A stretch of 64,000 bases of DNA from a bacterium (GTDB lineage: Bacteria > Cyanobacteriota > Vampirovibrionia > Gastranaerophilales > CAZEDP01), in the NCBI GenBank assembly GCA_043797105.1, contig JAZDPZ010000009.1, positions 44,570-108,569 of the forward strand, in the 5' to 3' direction. The notes beneath the pieces are model-generated. The model searched no databases. It saw only the letters and a program-made list of their open reading frames with translations, and was not told the DNA's origin. Of this stretch, positions 27,589 to 35,832 are shown piece after piece. Both the position numbers and the translations under genes were made by a program. Each line of letters opens with the position of its first letter. The stretch's first letter is position 1.

Positions 27589-27825
27589 TTAACCTATGAA
27601 ACCTCCTCCTGGTGATGGATATTCTCTATTACCTTGACTTAATAAAGATATTAATAGAGGTAAAAGTTGTCCTATATTTTGAAAGGAATTACCGCCATCA
27701 AAAATTGGAAAATTTTGTGGATATTGAGAATAATTACCGCCACCAAAATTGGAAAAATTTTGTGGATATTGAGAGTAGTTACCGCCACCAAACCTGAAAT
27801 CTATACCTGGTTGGAAAGGATACAT
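27589..27825 (-). CDS. Small Gly/Tyr/Gln/Asn-rich repeat protein (78 aa)
   Basis: GAGGAGG lies 6 nt upstream of the ATG at 27825. The translation is MYPFQPGIDFRFGGGNYSQYPQNFSNFGGGNYSQYPQNFPIFDGGNSFQNIGQLLPLLISLLSQGNREYPSPGGGFIG. It contains a 39-nt tandem coding repeat. Confidence 0.5.
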   Translation of the reverse strand: MYPFQPGIDFRFGGGNYSQYPQNFSNFGGGNYSQYPQNFPIFDGGNSFQNIGQLLPLLISLLSQGNREYPSPGGGFIG

Positions 27826-27849
27826 AAAAGACCTCCTCAATTGTTTGTT

Positions 27850-27937
27850 AAAAATTTACACAACTTATACACCCACACCTCATTTTCTTCTATGAGGAAA
27901 GGGAACTAGACTAAAGTAGGGCGAAGCCCATAACGCC
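27850..27937 (+). repeat. Structured repeat family 2, copy 2
   Basis: 'aaaaatttacacaacttatacacccacacctcattttcttctatgaggaaagggaactagactaaagtagggcgaagcccataacgcc'. Confidence 0.65.
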
Positions 27938-27963
27938 AACCTATTTTTAAATAGTTGGAAATT

Positions 27964-28077
27964 AAAAATTTACACAACTTTTGTTTTAAGTGGGTAACAA
28001 TAAATTTTATACACCCACCCCCTCATCCCTCCATGAGGAAAGGGAACTAGACTAAAGTAGGATAAAGCCCATACACC
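27964..28077 (+). repeat. Structured repeat family 2, copy 3 (with 26-nt extra module)
   Basis: It has the same leader, 'aaaaatttacacaactt', followed by 'ttgttttaagtgggtaacaataaatttt' and then 'atacacccaccccctcatccctccatgaggaaagggaactagactaaagtaggataaagcccatacacc'. Confidence 0.65.
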
Positions 28078-28185
28078 TTTTATTTTTATATAAATATTAA
28101 AGAAAAACAGAATATTTTTAGGCAGTACTGAATTGTTGGTTTATTTTCTTTTGTTTTTAAAATTTAATACCTCCAATATTATAAA

Positions 28186-28217
28186 AACAAGTAGTAATTA
28201 AAAATTGCCACTTGTTT
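28186..28217 (-). terminator. Candidate terminator hairpin after glnB
   Basis: aaacaagt ... acttgttt forms an 8-bp stem with a 16-nt loop, followed by a T-run on the minus strand. Confidence 0.4.
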
Positions 28218-28261
28218 ATATAATAGTTGTATATTATTAATATTTTGTAATATTTATTTTT

Positions 28262-28609
<348 letters not shown>

Positions 28610-28630
28610 TTACCTCCTAATATTTAGTAA

Positions 28631-29887
28631 CTAAAATGTATAACTTCTTTCACCGTGCTGACTTAGATCAAGACCGGTTGTTTCGTCTTCTTCGCTTACC
28701 CTGAGTCCTATTGTCATATCAAGAATCTTCAGTATAATCAATGTAATTATGAAAGAATAAACCCATGCAGCAACAATACTTATGGCTTGAACCCCAAGAA
28801 GGGAAGCATTGCCATAAAATAAGCCATTATTACCCAGAGAATTAACGGCTTTGGAGGCAAATAATCCTGTGGCTAAAGCGCCCCAGGTACCGCCTATTCC
28901 ATGAACTCCAAAAGCATCTAAAGAATCATCATATCCGAGCCTTGTTTTTAAGTTGACTGCTAAATAGCATATTATACCTGCAATAAGACCTATAAATATT
29001 GCTGCCATAGGACTTACAAACCCAGATGCCGGTGTTATAGCAACAAGACCTGCCACTGCACCTGATGCAGCTCCAAGAGCGGTTGGTTTTCCTCTATGCA
29101 TCCATTCTATAAATAACCAGGATAAAGCTGCTGCTGCTGTGGCAATATGAGTTACAACAAATGCAGCTGTAGCTAAAGAACCTGAAGAAACAGCGCTTCC
29201 TCCATTAAAACCAAACCATCCAAACCATAATAAAGCTGCTCCCAGAAGAGTCATTGTTAAATTATGAGGGGGCATTGGTTCTGTATTATATCCTTTTCTT
29301 TTGCCTATAATAATTGCTGCTGCTAATGCTGAAATCCCGGAGCTTATATGAACAACAAGACCACCGGCAAAATCAAGCGCGCCAAGGTTTCTTATCCATC
29401 CTCCAACTCCCCATACCCAGTGAGCTAATGGAAAATAAACAAACGTTGCCCAAAGCACAATAAATACAAGATAAGTTTTAAATTTGAATCTTTCAGCAAA
29501 TGCGCCTGTTATAAGCGCAGGTGTTATGACTGCAAACATCATTTGAAAGATCATAAAAGCTTGATGCGGAATAGTAGCGGCATAATCAGGATTTGGATCA
29601 AGACCAACCCCATTTAATCCAGCCCATTTCAGATTTCCGATAAAATGTCCCATATCAGGACCAAAAGAAAGACTGTATCCGTATAGCACCCACAAAATAC
29701 TTATGACGCCTATTGCTATAAAACTTTGCAAAATTGTTCCTAAAGCGCTTTTGCGTCTTACCATGCCGCCATAAAATAATGCGAGTCCTGGTGTCATCAA
29801 CATTACAAGAGCAGTTGAAATCAATACCCAGCAAGTATCTCCCGTATCTACTTTTGCTGGTGGTATTGAAGCTAAAGTTTCAAACAT
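28631..29887 (-). CDS. amt: Ammonium transporter
   Basis: The 418-aa polytopic protein has DTGDTCWVLISTALVMLMTPGLALFYGGMVR, FAGGLVVHISSG and DDSLDAFGVHGIGGTWGA, which are Amt/MEP signature blocks. Confidence 0.95.
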   Translation of the reverse strand: MFETLASIPPAKVDTGDTCWVLISTALVMLMTPGLALFYGGMVRRKSALGTILQSFIAIGVISILWVLYGYSLSFGPDMGHFIGNLKWAGLNGVGLDPNPDYAATIPHQAFMIFQMMFAVITPALITGAFAERFKFKTYLVFIVLWATFVYFPLAHWVWGVGGWIRNLGALDFAGGLVVHISSGISALAAAIIIGKRKGYNTEPMPPHNLTMTLLGAALLWFGWFGFNGGSAVSSGSLATAAFVVTHIATAAAALSWLFIEWMHRGKPTALGAASGAVAGLVAITPASGFVSPMAAIFIGLIAGIICYLAVNLKTRLGYDDSLDAFGVHGIGGTWGALATGLFASKAVNSLGNNGLFYGNASLLGVQAISIVAAWVYSFIITLIILKILDMTIGLRVSEEDETTGLDLSQHGERSYTF

Positions 29888-29930
29888 TTTTCCTCCTTTA
29901 AATTTTAATACTGATTTGCAATCAAACTAT

Positions 29931-30007
29931 GTTATTGCGAGCGAAGCGAAGCAATCTAAGAATCTAACATTCATGCGATTCTTCTGGCTACGCCCTCTGG
30001 ATGACAA
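29931..30007. repeat. MITE-like palindromic repeat, short form
   Basis: 'gttattgcgagcgaagcgaagcaatctaagaatc...gattcttctggctacgccctctggatgaca'. Confidence 0.7.
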
Positions 30008-30020
30008 GTTATATTTTGAT

Positions 30021-30037
30021 TGCAACTTTGGTATAAC
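30021..30037 (-). promoter_or_regulatory. Direct-repeat motif TGCAACTT(T)GGTATAAC, copy 1 (amt upstream region)
   Basis: 'tgcaactttggtataac' recurs at 30256-30271 as 'tgcaacttggtataac'. Confidence 0.3.
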
Positions 30038-30117
30038 TAATAATTTTTTGAGCTATAAAATTTAGATTATATTTTTTAATACCATTTTGCATTCTATAGA
30101 GAGTAAAAACGCTCTCT

Positions 30118-30234
30118 TGTCATCCTGAGGCTGCGTAGCAGCCGTGAGGATCTGTCCATCTTTCGATTGTTTATACAAGCCAAATTAAATAGATTCTCAC
30201 ACTCCTTTGCTTCGCTCAGTCACTGAGAATGACA
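30118..30234. repeat. MITE-like palindromic repeat, short/intermediate form (117 bp)
   Basis: 'tgtcatcctgaggctgcgtagcagccgtgaggatc ... gattctcacactcctttgcttcgctcagtcactgagaatgaca'. Confidence 0.7.
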
Positions 30235-30255
30235 CCTAGTTTTTACCTTATCGAC

Positions 30256-30271
30256 TGCAACTTGGTATAAC
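30256..30271 (-). promoter_or_regulatory. Direct-repeat motif TGCAACTTGGTATAAC, copy 2
   Basis: See 30021-30037. The two copies bracket the 117-bp repeat element. Confidence 0.3.
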
Positions 30272-30308
30272 ACATAAGTTCTCCTTTCTTTTTTCCTCAA
30301 CAAAAACT

Positions 30309-30345
30309 AAGACCCGCATCTTTTTAAGTTTGCGGGTCTTTTAAT
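30309..30345 (-). terminator. Rho-independent terminator after folE2
   Basis: gacccgca-N12-tgcgggtc forms a GC-rich 8-bp stem followed by tagttttt on the minus strand. Confidence 0.7.
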
Positions 30346-30562
30346 ATCTTTAAATTTTTTTTTTAAAACAGAAAAATTATCCCACAAACTTTACAGGTTT
30401 CTTTTGGGTATTCTTGGCTGCTGCTTTTTTATTTATTAAATTATTAAATAAAAACAAAAAATCCATTTTAAAATCCTTTGATTTTTAATCTAAAAAATAT
30501 TATAAAAAATAAATTAGAATTTGTTAAGTGTATTTTTTACATTTATTACAAAAGTTTATATT

Positions 30563-31360
30563 TTAATTTAAAAATTCTTCCTGATAAGCCCAGGCGCTAT
30601 GGTTATGAATACTTTCATAAGCTTCGCAGTCTACTTTAAACCAGTTGATTTCTTTGATTGATCTAAGTTTTAACACTACATCTCTCAAAACATCTTCAAC
30701 GAATTTCGGATTATTATAAGCAAGTTCTGTAACATATTTTTCATCCTCTCTTTTTAAAAGAGGGAAAATAGGACTGCTTCCGCATTGTTCCACTAATTTA
30801 ATGATATCTTCTATCCATATCATAGAATCAGGATCATAACTTATGTGAATTTTTACCATAGTTCTTTGATTATGAGCGCCATGATCAGAAATTTCCTTAC
30901 TGCATGGACATAAAGTCGTTACAGGCACATCCACACCCAAAATAAATTTATAGTTTTCTTTATCTAAAATGCCTTTAAATGAACAATTATAACCCATAGG
31001 ACAAGTTAATTCGCTTATTGGAGCTGTTTTATCTATAAAATATTTAAATTCAAATTTTAATTCAGCGCTTTTAGCATTAAGTTTTTTTGTAATTTCAAGC
31101 AAACATCCTTTTATATCAACTCCAAGAAGATTTTTTTGTCCCCATTCACAAAGAATTTCAATAAATCTTGACATATGAGTGCCTTTATAGTCTTTTGGCA
31201 GAGATACATTCATTGTAGCTTTGGCGCTTACAGTCTGTTCCTTATCATTTTTTCTTAAAATAACAAGTGGAACTTCCACATTTTTAATTCCAACTTTTTG
31301 GATATCTATACCTCTTAGATCTTTTAAATTTTGAACATCTTTTAATTCTGATTTATTCAT
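30563..31360 (-). CDS. folE2: GTP cyclohydrolase I type 2 (FolE2/MptA family)
   Basis: DVQNLKDLRGIDIQKVGIKNVEVPL, KGTHMSRFIE and TTLCPCSKEISDHGAHNQR are typical FolE2 blocks. The ATG at 31360 gives an ATGAATAA overlap with the upstream ORF. The track start at 31378 is also possible. Confidence 0.9.
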   Translation of the reverse strand: MNKSELKDVQNLKDLRGIDIQKVGIKNVEVPLVILRKNDKEQTVSAKATMNVSLPKDYKGTHMSRFIEILCEWGQKNLLGVDIKGCLLEITKKLNAKSAELKFEFKYFIDKTAPISELTCPMGYNCSFKGILDKENYKFILGVDVPVTTLCPCSKEISDHGAHNQRTMVKIHISYDPDSMIWIEDIIKLVEQCGSSPIFPLLKREDEKYVTELAYNNPKFVEDVLRDVVLKLRSIKEINWFKVDCEAYESIHNHSAWAYQEEFLN

Positions 31361-31703
31361 TTTGTTGAGCATCATCAAGTTCTATTGTTTCAAGATAATC
31401 CTGTGAAAAAGATTTTAAGAGTTTTTTGGCAGCAGCTTTTTGAATATTCGGAGACGCAACTCTTAAAAGTTCTATGGCTTTCATCATTACAGGATCATTG
31501 TCATACCATCTGTTTCCATCGTTTTTATACTTCATTACTGTTTTATAAATTCTTTCTATAACATTTGCAGCTACTTCTTCCTGAAGTTTCAGGATAATTT
31601 CTACAGCTTGATCTTTAATATTATCTGGAGACAAGCTTAAAATATCCATAGCCTCTTTTAAAGTAGGGTCTTGATCATACCAGCGACGTTGGCTTTCAGT
31701 CAT
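31353..31703 (-). CDS. Hypothetical protein with internal duplication (RWYDxDP ... helical module x2)
   Basis: GAGG lies upstream of the ATG at 31703. The two modules are RRWYDQDPTLKEAMDILSLSPDNIKDQAVEIILKL and NRWYDNDPVMMKAIELLRVASPNIQKAAAKKLLKS. Confidence 0.55.
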   Translation of the reverse strand: MTESQRRWYDQDPTLKEAMDILSLSPDNIKDQAVEIILKLQEEVAANVIERIYKTVMKYKNDGNRWYDNDPVMMKAIELLRVASPNIQKAAAKKLLKSFSQDYLETIELDDAQQNE

Positions 31704-31816
31704 AATATTAAACCTCAAAAAACTTATATAAATACTTTATAATTTAGTATAATCACAATTACCAAAAATTTGAACTGTTTTATTAAATTTCTATGTCATC
31801 ATCCTGGACGCAATTT

Positions 31817-31892
31817 TGTCATCCTGAGCGTAGCGAAGGATCGCATGGTCAATTATGAGATTGCTTCGCCTCTAAAGAGGCTCGCAATGACA
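31817..31892. repeat. MITE-like palindromic repeat, short form (76 bp)
   Basis: 'tgtcatcctgagcgtagcgaaggatcgcatggtcaattatgagattgcttcgcctctaaagaggctcgcaatgaca'. A degenerate half-copy, 'tgtcatcatcctggacg', lies at 31793-31810. Confidence 0.75.
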
Positions 31893-31900
31893 AAAAAACA

Positions 31901-31937
31901 AAACACCTCGAATAACTTAATTTCAAGGTGTTTTTTT
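31901..31937 (-). terminator. Rho-independent terminator after the HU gene
   Basis: aaacacct...aggtgttt forms a stem flanked by A/T runs. Confidence 0.6.
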
Positions 31938-31960
31938 AAACTTTAATTTTTTTTAAAAAA

Positions 31961-32236
31961 TTACTTGTTTACTAATTCTTTGAATTTTTTGCCGGCTGAG
32001 AAACAAGGAACTACTTTAGCAGGAATTTCTATTTCTGTTCCTGTTTGAGGATTTCTACCTGTTCTGGCTGAGCGTTTACGAGGTTCAAAAGTTCCAAAAC
32101 CAACTAAAGTAACTTTTTTCCCTTTAGAGACTGCTTTTTCAATTGTATCTAAAGCAAATGAAAGGATCTCGGATGTTTGTTTTTGTGATGCTTTACTTTT
32201 TTTTGCGATTTCTTTTACTAATTCTTCTTTATTCAT
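31961..32236 (-). CDS. hup: DNA-binding protein HU
   Basis: MNKEELVKEIAKK.......VTLVGFGTFEPRKRSARTGRNPQTGTEIEIPAKVVPCFSAGKKFKE is a canonical 91-aa HU. Confidence 0.95.
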   Translation of the reverse strand: MNKEELVKEIAKKSKASQKQTSEILSFALDTIEKAVSKGKKVTLVGFGTFEPRKRSARTGRNPQTGTEIEIPAKVVPCFSAGKKFKELVNK

Positions 32237-32396
32237 GCAATTATCTCCTTAAATATAAACATAATTTAATTATATATATTTTTTTCTCTTTGACAATAGG
32301 TTTTTAAAATTATAATTAATATTATTAAATTTTGTAACAATTCTGGTTGTTTTAAATGTAAAATTTAATAGAATAAACTTGGAGAAATATTAAACT

Positions 32397-32672
32397 ATGA
32401 TAAATATTGGATGCAATTTTTTAACTTTGATAATAACTTTTTTAATTTTTATGTTTTTTCTTAAATTTTGGTTTATTATTTTTTTAACTATATTATTAAT
32501 TTTTATTTTTTATAAAAAAAGAAAAATAATTACAAAAATAAAATCTATTTTCACAAAAAAAGAAGAATATAAAAGTAAACCTGGTATTATTTACAAAGAA
32601 TGCGCCTATTGCAATAAAAAAGCTGAAAGAAATACAAAATTTTGCAGTAATTGCGGAAGGATTTTTGAGTAA
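32397..32672 (+). CDS. Small membrane protein with C-terminal zinc ribbon
   Basis: It has two hydrophobic segments and then CAYCNKKAERNTKFCSNCG. Confidence 0.5.
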   Translation: MINIGCNFLTLIITFLIFMFFLKFWFIIFLTILLIFIFYKKRKIITKIKSIFTKKEEYKSKPGIIYKECAYCNKKAERNTKFCSNCGRIFE

Positions 32673-32688
32673 GAAAGGATAAAATCCA

Positions 32689-33555
32689 ATGACAAAAACA
32701 ATAGAAAACTGGACAGAATGGCTTAAAAATTCAAGATTTTCATATATGAACGAAATTCAAAAAGAGCAAACTTTGCGATGGCTGTTTCAAGTCAGAGATA
32801 AGATTTTAGACAGAGCTTGTTTAAAATCAGGAGATACATTGATTGACATTGGTACCGGCACAGGTCTTTTGGCTTTTAAAGCTTATGATTTTTTAAAGGA
32901 TTCCGGAAAAATTATTGCTTCTGATACCTCTGAGGATTGCATTACTGAATGTAAAAAAGTGGCAAAAACCTGTAATATAATTGAAGGCATGGATTTTCTT
33001 CTTTCTGATGCAGCAAATATAAAACTAGAGGAAAATTCAGTTGACATCGTTGTTATGAGATCTGTACTTGTTCATATCCTTGATAAAATTTCAGCAATAA
33101 AAGAATTTTACAGAATTTTAAAGCCAGGAGGAAGAATTTCAATTTTTGAACCTATTATAAAATCAAATACTAAATATTATCAGCTCATTAATCCTATAAA
33201 TTTTAGTAATTATGACAAATTAAAAGAAGTTGAATATAAAATTATGACAAATGAAAATGATCCTATTACTAATTTTGATGATAAAAGTCTGGTTAATGAT
33301 TTTAAATTAGCCGGGTTTAAAGATATTGATCTTGATTTAGGCACTGAGGAATCAAATTATCAGGTTTCAGCAGGCATGATTGAACCCTGGTTTAATTCTC
33401 CTCCAAGTCCTGGCAGTTTAACGCTGAAAGAAAAATTTTTAAAATATTTAGATATAGAAGAAATTAATGACTATATTAATAAGCTAAAATCAGAACTGGA
33501 CGGAAAATCAATAACCGTAAAATCTTTTTCCGCTTATATTTCAGCTAAGAAATAA
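32689..33555 (+). CDS. Class I SAM-dependent methyltransferase
   Basis: Motif I is LIDIGTGTGLLAF. The post-I acidic residue and motif III (LKPGGRISIFEP) are present. Confidence 0.8.
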   Translation: MTKTIENWTEWLKNSRFSYMNEIQKEQTLRWLFQVRDKILDRACLKSGDTLIDIGTGTGLLAFKAYDFLKDSGKIIASDTSEDCITECKKVAKTCNIIEGMDFLLSDAANIKLEENSVDIVVMRSVLVHILDKISAIKEFYRILKPGGRISIFEPIIKSNTKYYQLINPINFSNYDKLKEVEYKIMTNENDPITNFDDKSLVNDFKLAGFKDIDLDLGTEESNYQVSAGMIEPWFNSPPSPGSLTLKEKFLKYLDIEEINDYINKLKSELDGKSITVKSFSAYISAKK

Positions 33556-34198
33556 TATCAGCGTATTCAAACCATTTTTCCATAATTTTAGAGCTGTTAT
33601 GTTGATAAATATCAAAATATTTCTCAAAAAAATTACATATTTCAGCAATTAATAAATTTATATTAACCTGATTCCCTGTTAATTCCATTAAAGATATTGG
33701 TTGAAACTTATTTGTTGTATTAGCAACTTTTGAATTTACATTTATCCCGATGCCGGAAACCTGCGTTGATATTTTTCCTCTTGTAATGCTTTCTGTAAGT
33801 ATCCCGCCAAGTTTTTGGTTATTTATTATAATGTCATTAACCCATTTTAAACCTGCTTCAACGCCAGATACAGATTTAATTGCTTCCTGACAGGATATGC
33901 CACTGACAAAAGTAATAAAATTTAATGATTCAGTTACTTTAGAAACAGTAATTATACTTAAATACAATCCACCACTAGGAGAATGCCATTCATTACTTTG
34001 TTGTCCCCTTCCGGTTGTTTGTTTTTTAGTTAATATTAAATCCCCATGTTTTGCTTTAAAATTTTCTATTAATCTGAAAGCTTCCAAATTTGTCGAATCA
34101 ATAGAATCATAATAAATAATTCTTTTTCCAATAAATTTGGTCTTAAGATTAGCTTTAATTTCTTCAGGATTAATAAGCATAGTTGATTGGATCGCCAT
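33545..34198 (-). CDS. birA: Biotin--[acetyl-CoA-carboxylase] ligase, catalytic domain only
   Basis: It has TGRGQQSNEWHSPSGGLYLS, KWVNDI and GIGINVN. There is no N-terminal HTH. The C-terminal SH3-like domain appears to be missing (217 aa). Confidence 0.8.
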   Translation of the reverse strand: MAIQSTMLINPEEIKANLKTKFIGKRIIYYDSIDSTNLEAFRLIENFKAKHGDLILTKKQTTGRGQQSNEWHSPSGGLYLSIITVSKVTESLNFITFVSGISCQEAIKSVSGVEAGLKWVNDIIINNQKLGGILTESITRGKISTQVSGIGINVNSKVANTTNKFQPISLMELTGNQVNINLLIAEICNFFEKYFDIYQHNSSKIMEKWFEYADIIS

Positions 34199-34201
34199 GG
34201 G

Positions 34202-35482
34202 CTAAAGCTCTCGCGATGACAGTATAAATTTAGAAAGTTTATTTATTGCAAAATCAAGAGCGCCTTTGTTTGTCTTAAAAATATTTTTACAGGCTAAATT
34301 CATGAGTTCATATTTATCTTGATCTGTTAATAAATCATGCAAAATAAAATATAATTCCTGTTCATTATTTACAATGTTTGCAGCATTATCATTAGTCATA
34401 TAATAATAAATATCTTTAAAATTAAAGACTGTTGGTCCTGATAATACAGGCACACCATAAATAGCAGCTTCAAGAGGGTTGTGTCCTCCCGTATTTGAAA
34501 AACTACCGCCAATAAAAGCCAGATATGCGATTGAATAAAGTTTGCCTAATTCTCCCATAGTATCAAGAAGAATTATGTCGTTTTCTTCAAAATTACTGTT
34601 CTTGCTTTTTAAGCCAAATTTAAAACCGGTCATAGAGATAAGTTTTAAAACCTGAGAGTTTCTTTCAGGATGTCTGGGAGCTATTATAAGTTTTAGATCA
34701 CTAAATTCCTGTTTAAGCCTTTTAAAAACACTTAATATAATTTCATCTTCATTTTTATGAGTGCTTCCTGCTATTAAAAGTCTTTTATCATCTAATTTTA
34801 GAGAATTTTTTAATTTATTAACTTCATTTTCATCCAGAATATTTGCAAAATCAAACTTTAAATTACCCATTACTTCGACTTTATCAGAATTTGCGCCAAT
34901 ATCAATTATTCTTTTTTGATCTTCTTCAGTTTGCATCAATATTAAGCTGTAATTTTCCAAAATATTTTTAAAGAAAAATCTAAATTTTTTATATTGTTTG
35001 TAAGAGCCAGGCGAAATCCTGCCATTGACCAAAATTAAAGGAATTTTCTTTTTATTCAATTCATGTGAAAAATTGGGCCAAATTTCAGTCTCAGCAATAA
35101 TAACAATTTTTGGATTAATAAATTTAATGGCAGATTTTACAGAAAAACTAAAATCGTAAGGAAAATAAACAATATTATCGACAATTTTTCCTAATTTATT
35201 TTGAGCTACCTGCTGACCTGTTTTTGTTACGGTTGTCAAAACAAGATCATATTCAGAAAACTCAGATTTAACTCTTTTCACAAGAGCTTCAATCGCGTTA
35301 ACTTCGCCGACAGAGACGGCATGAAACCAGATAACGGGTTTATTTTTAAAAATATCAGAATAAAAATCTATTTTCTGCCAAAATCCTGCTCTTAGCTTTG
35401 GTTTTAGTATAAAAAACAGTATAATTAAGGGGCTTAGTATAATTCCAAGTAATATTAATATAAGATTATAAATAAAATACAT
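34202..35482 (-). CDS. waaA: 3-deoxy-D-manno-octulosonic acid (Kdo) transferase
   Basis: It has an N-terminal TM segment, VIWFHAVSVGE, and the C-terminal GGSF...GGHNPLEAA blocks. Confidence 0.9.
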   Translation of the reverse strand: MYFIYNLILILLGIILSPLIILFFILKPKLRAGFWQKIDFYSDIFKNKPVIWFHAVSVGEVNAIEALVKRVKSEFSEYDLVLTTVTKTGQQVAQNKLGKIVDNIVYFPYDFSFSVKSAIKFINPKIVIIAETEIWPNFSHELNKKKIPLILVNGRISPGSYKQYKKFRFFFKNILENYSLILMQTEEDQKRIIDIGANSDKVEVMGNLKFDFANILDENEVNKLKNSLKLDDKRLLIAGSTHKNEDEIILSVFKRLKQEFSDLKLIIAPRHPERNSQVLKLISMTGFKFGLKSKNSNFEENDIILLDTMGELGKLYSIAYLAFIGGSFSNTGGHNPLEAAIYGVPVLSGPTVFNFKDIYYYMTNDNAANIVNNEQELYFILHDLLTDQDKYELMNLACKNIFKTNKGALDFAINKLSKFILSSREL

Positions 35483-35484
35483 TT

Positions 35485-35832
35485 TTATTCTTCAGCTATT
35501 TCTTTAAGAATTTTACAAATAGAATCTTTTAAAAAAGGTATATCTTCTTTAACCGTTAGCCATACTACTTTTTTATCAATACCAAAGTATTCATGAACAA
35601 CTTTATTTCTAAAGCCTCTTATTTGATACCAGGGTATTTCTTTACTTTTATCCTGAATTTCTTTTGGAATATGATTTATGGCTTCTCCTATAATCTCAAG
35701 CGCTCTTATAACTGCCATAAAAGTTTTTTCGTCAGAACAAAATTCTTCATAGTTCATATCTTTAGTAAATTTTTGAGCTTTATCGGAATATTCAACTATA
35801 TCTTCAAGAAAATGCCTGAAAGTCCTTTTCAT
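35485..35832 (-). CDS. hepT: HepT-like (DUF86) toxin RNase
   Basis: FRNKVVHEYFGID contains the Rx4HxY motif. The product is 115 aa and overlaps the upstream nucleotidyltransferase by 4 nt. Confidence 0.85.
   Translation of the reverse strand: MKRTFRHFLEDIVEYSDKAQKFTKDMNYEEFCSDEKTFMAVIRALEIIGEAINHIPKEIQDKSKEIPWYQIRGFRNKVVHEYFGIDKKVVWLTVKEDIPFLKDSICKILKEIAEE

Noticed and set aside
27700-27790. TGTGGATA-like strings resembling DnaA boxes
   Set aside because: They are part of the 39-nt coding repeat of the Gly-rich peptide gene and are not the full TTATCCACA consensus. No dnaA or dnaN is nearby and no AT-rich DUE arrangement is present.
27612-27909. Two plus-strand ORFs (61 and 80 aa) over the Gly-rich repeat region
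   Set aside because: They have no RBS. The minus-strand frame has GAGGAGG-N6-ATG and a downstream hairpin, so the plus-strand frames are repeat-driven shadows.
29888-30300. glnA-type glutamine riboswitch, NtcA box or sigma-54 promoter upstream of amt
   Set aside because: I could not find the conserved riboswitch core, a GTA-N8-TAC palindrome, or a GG-N10-GC element by eye. Only the unexplained 16-nt direct repeat is reported.
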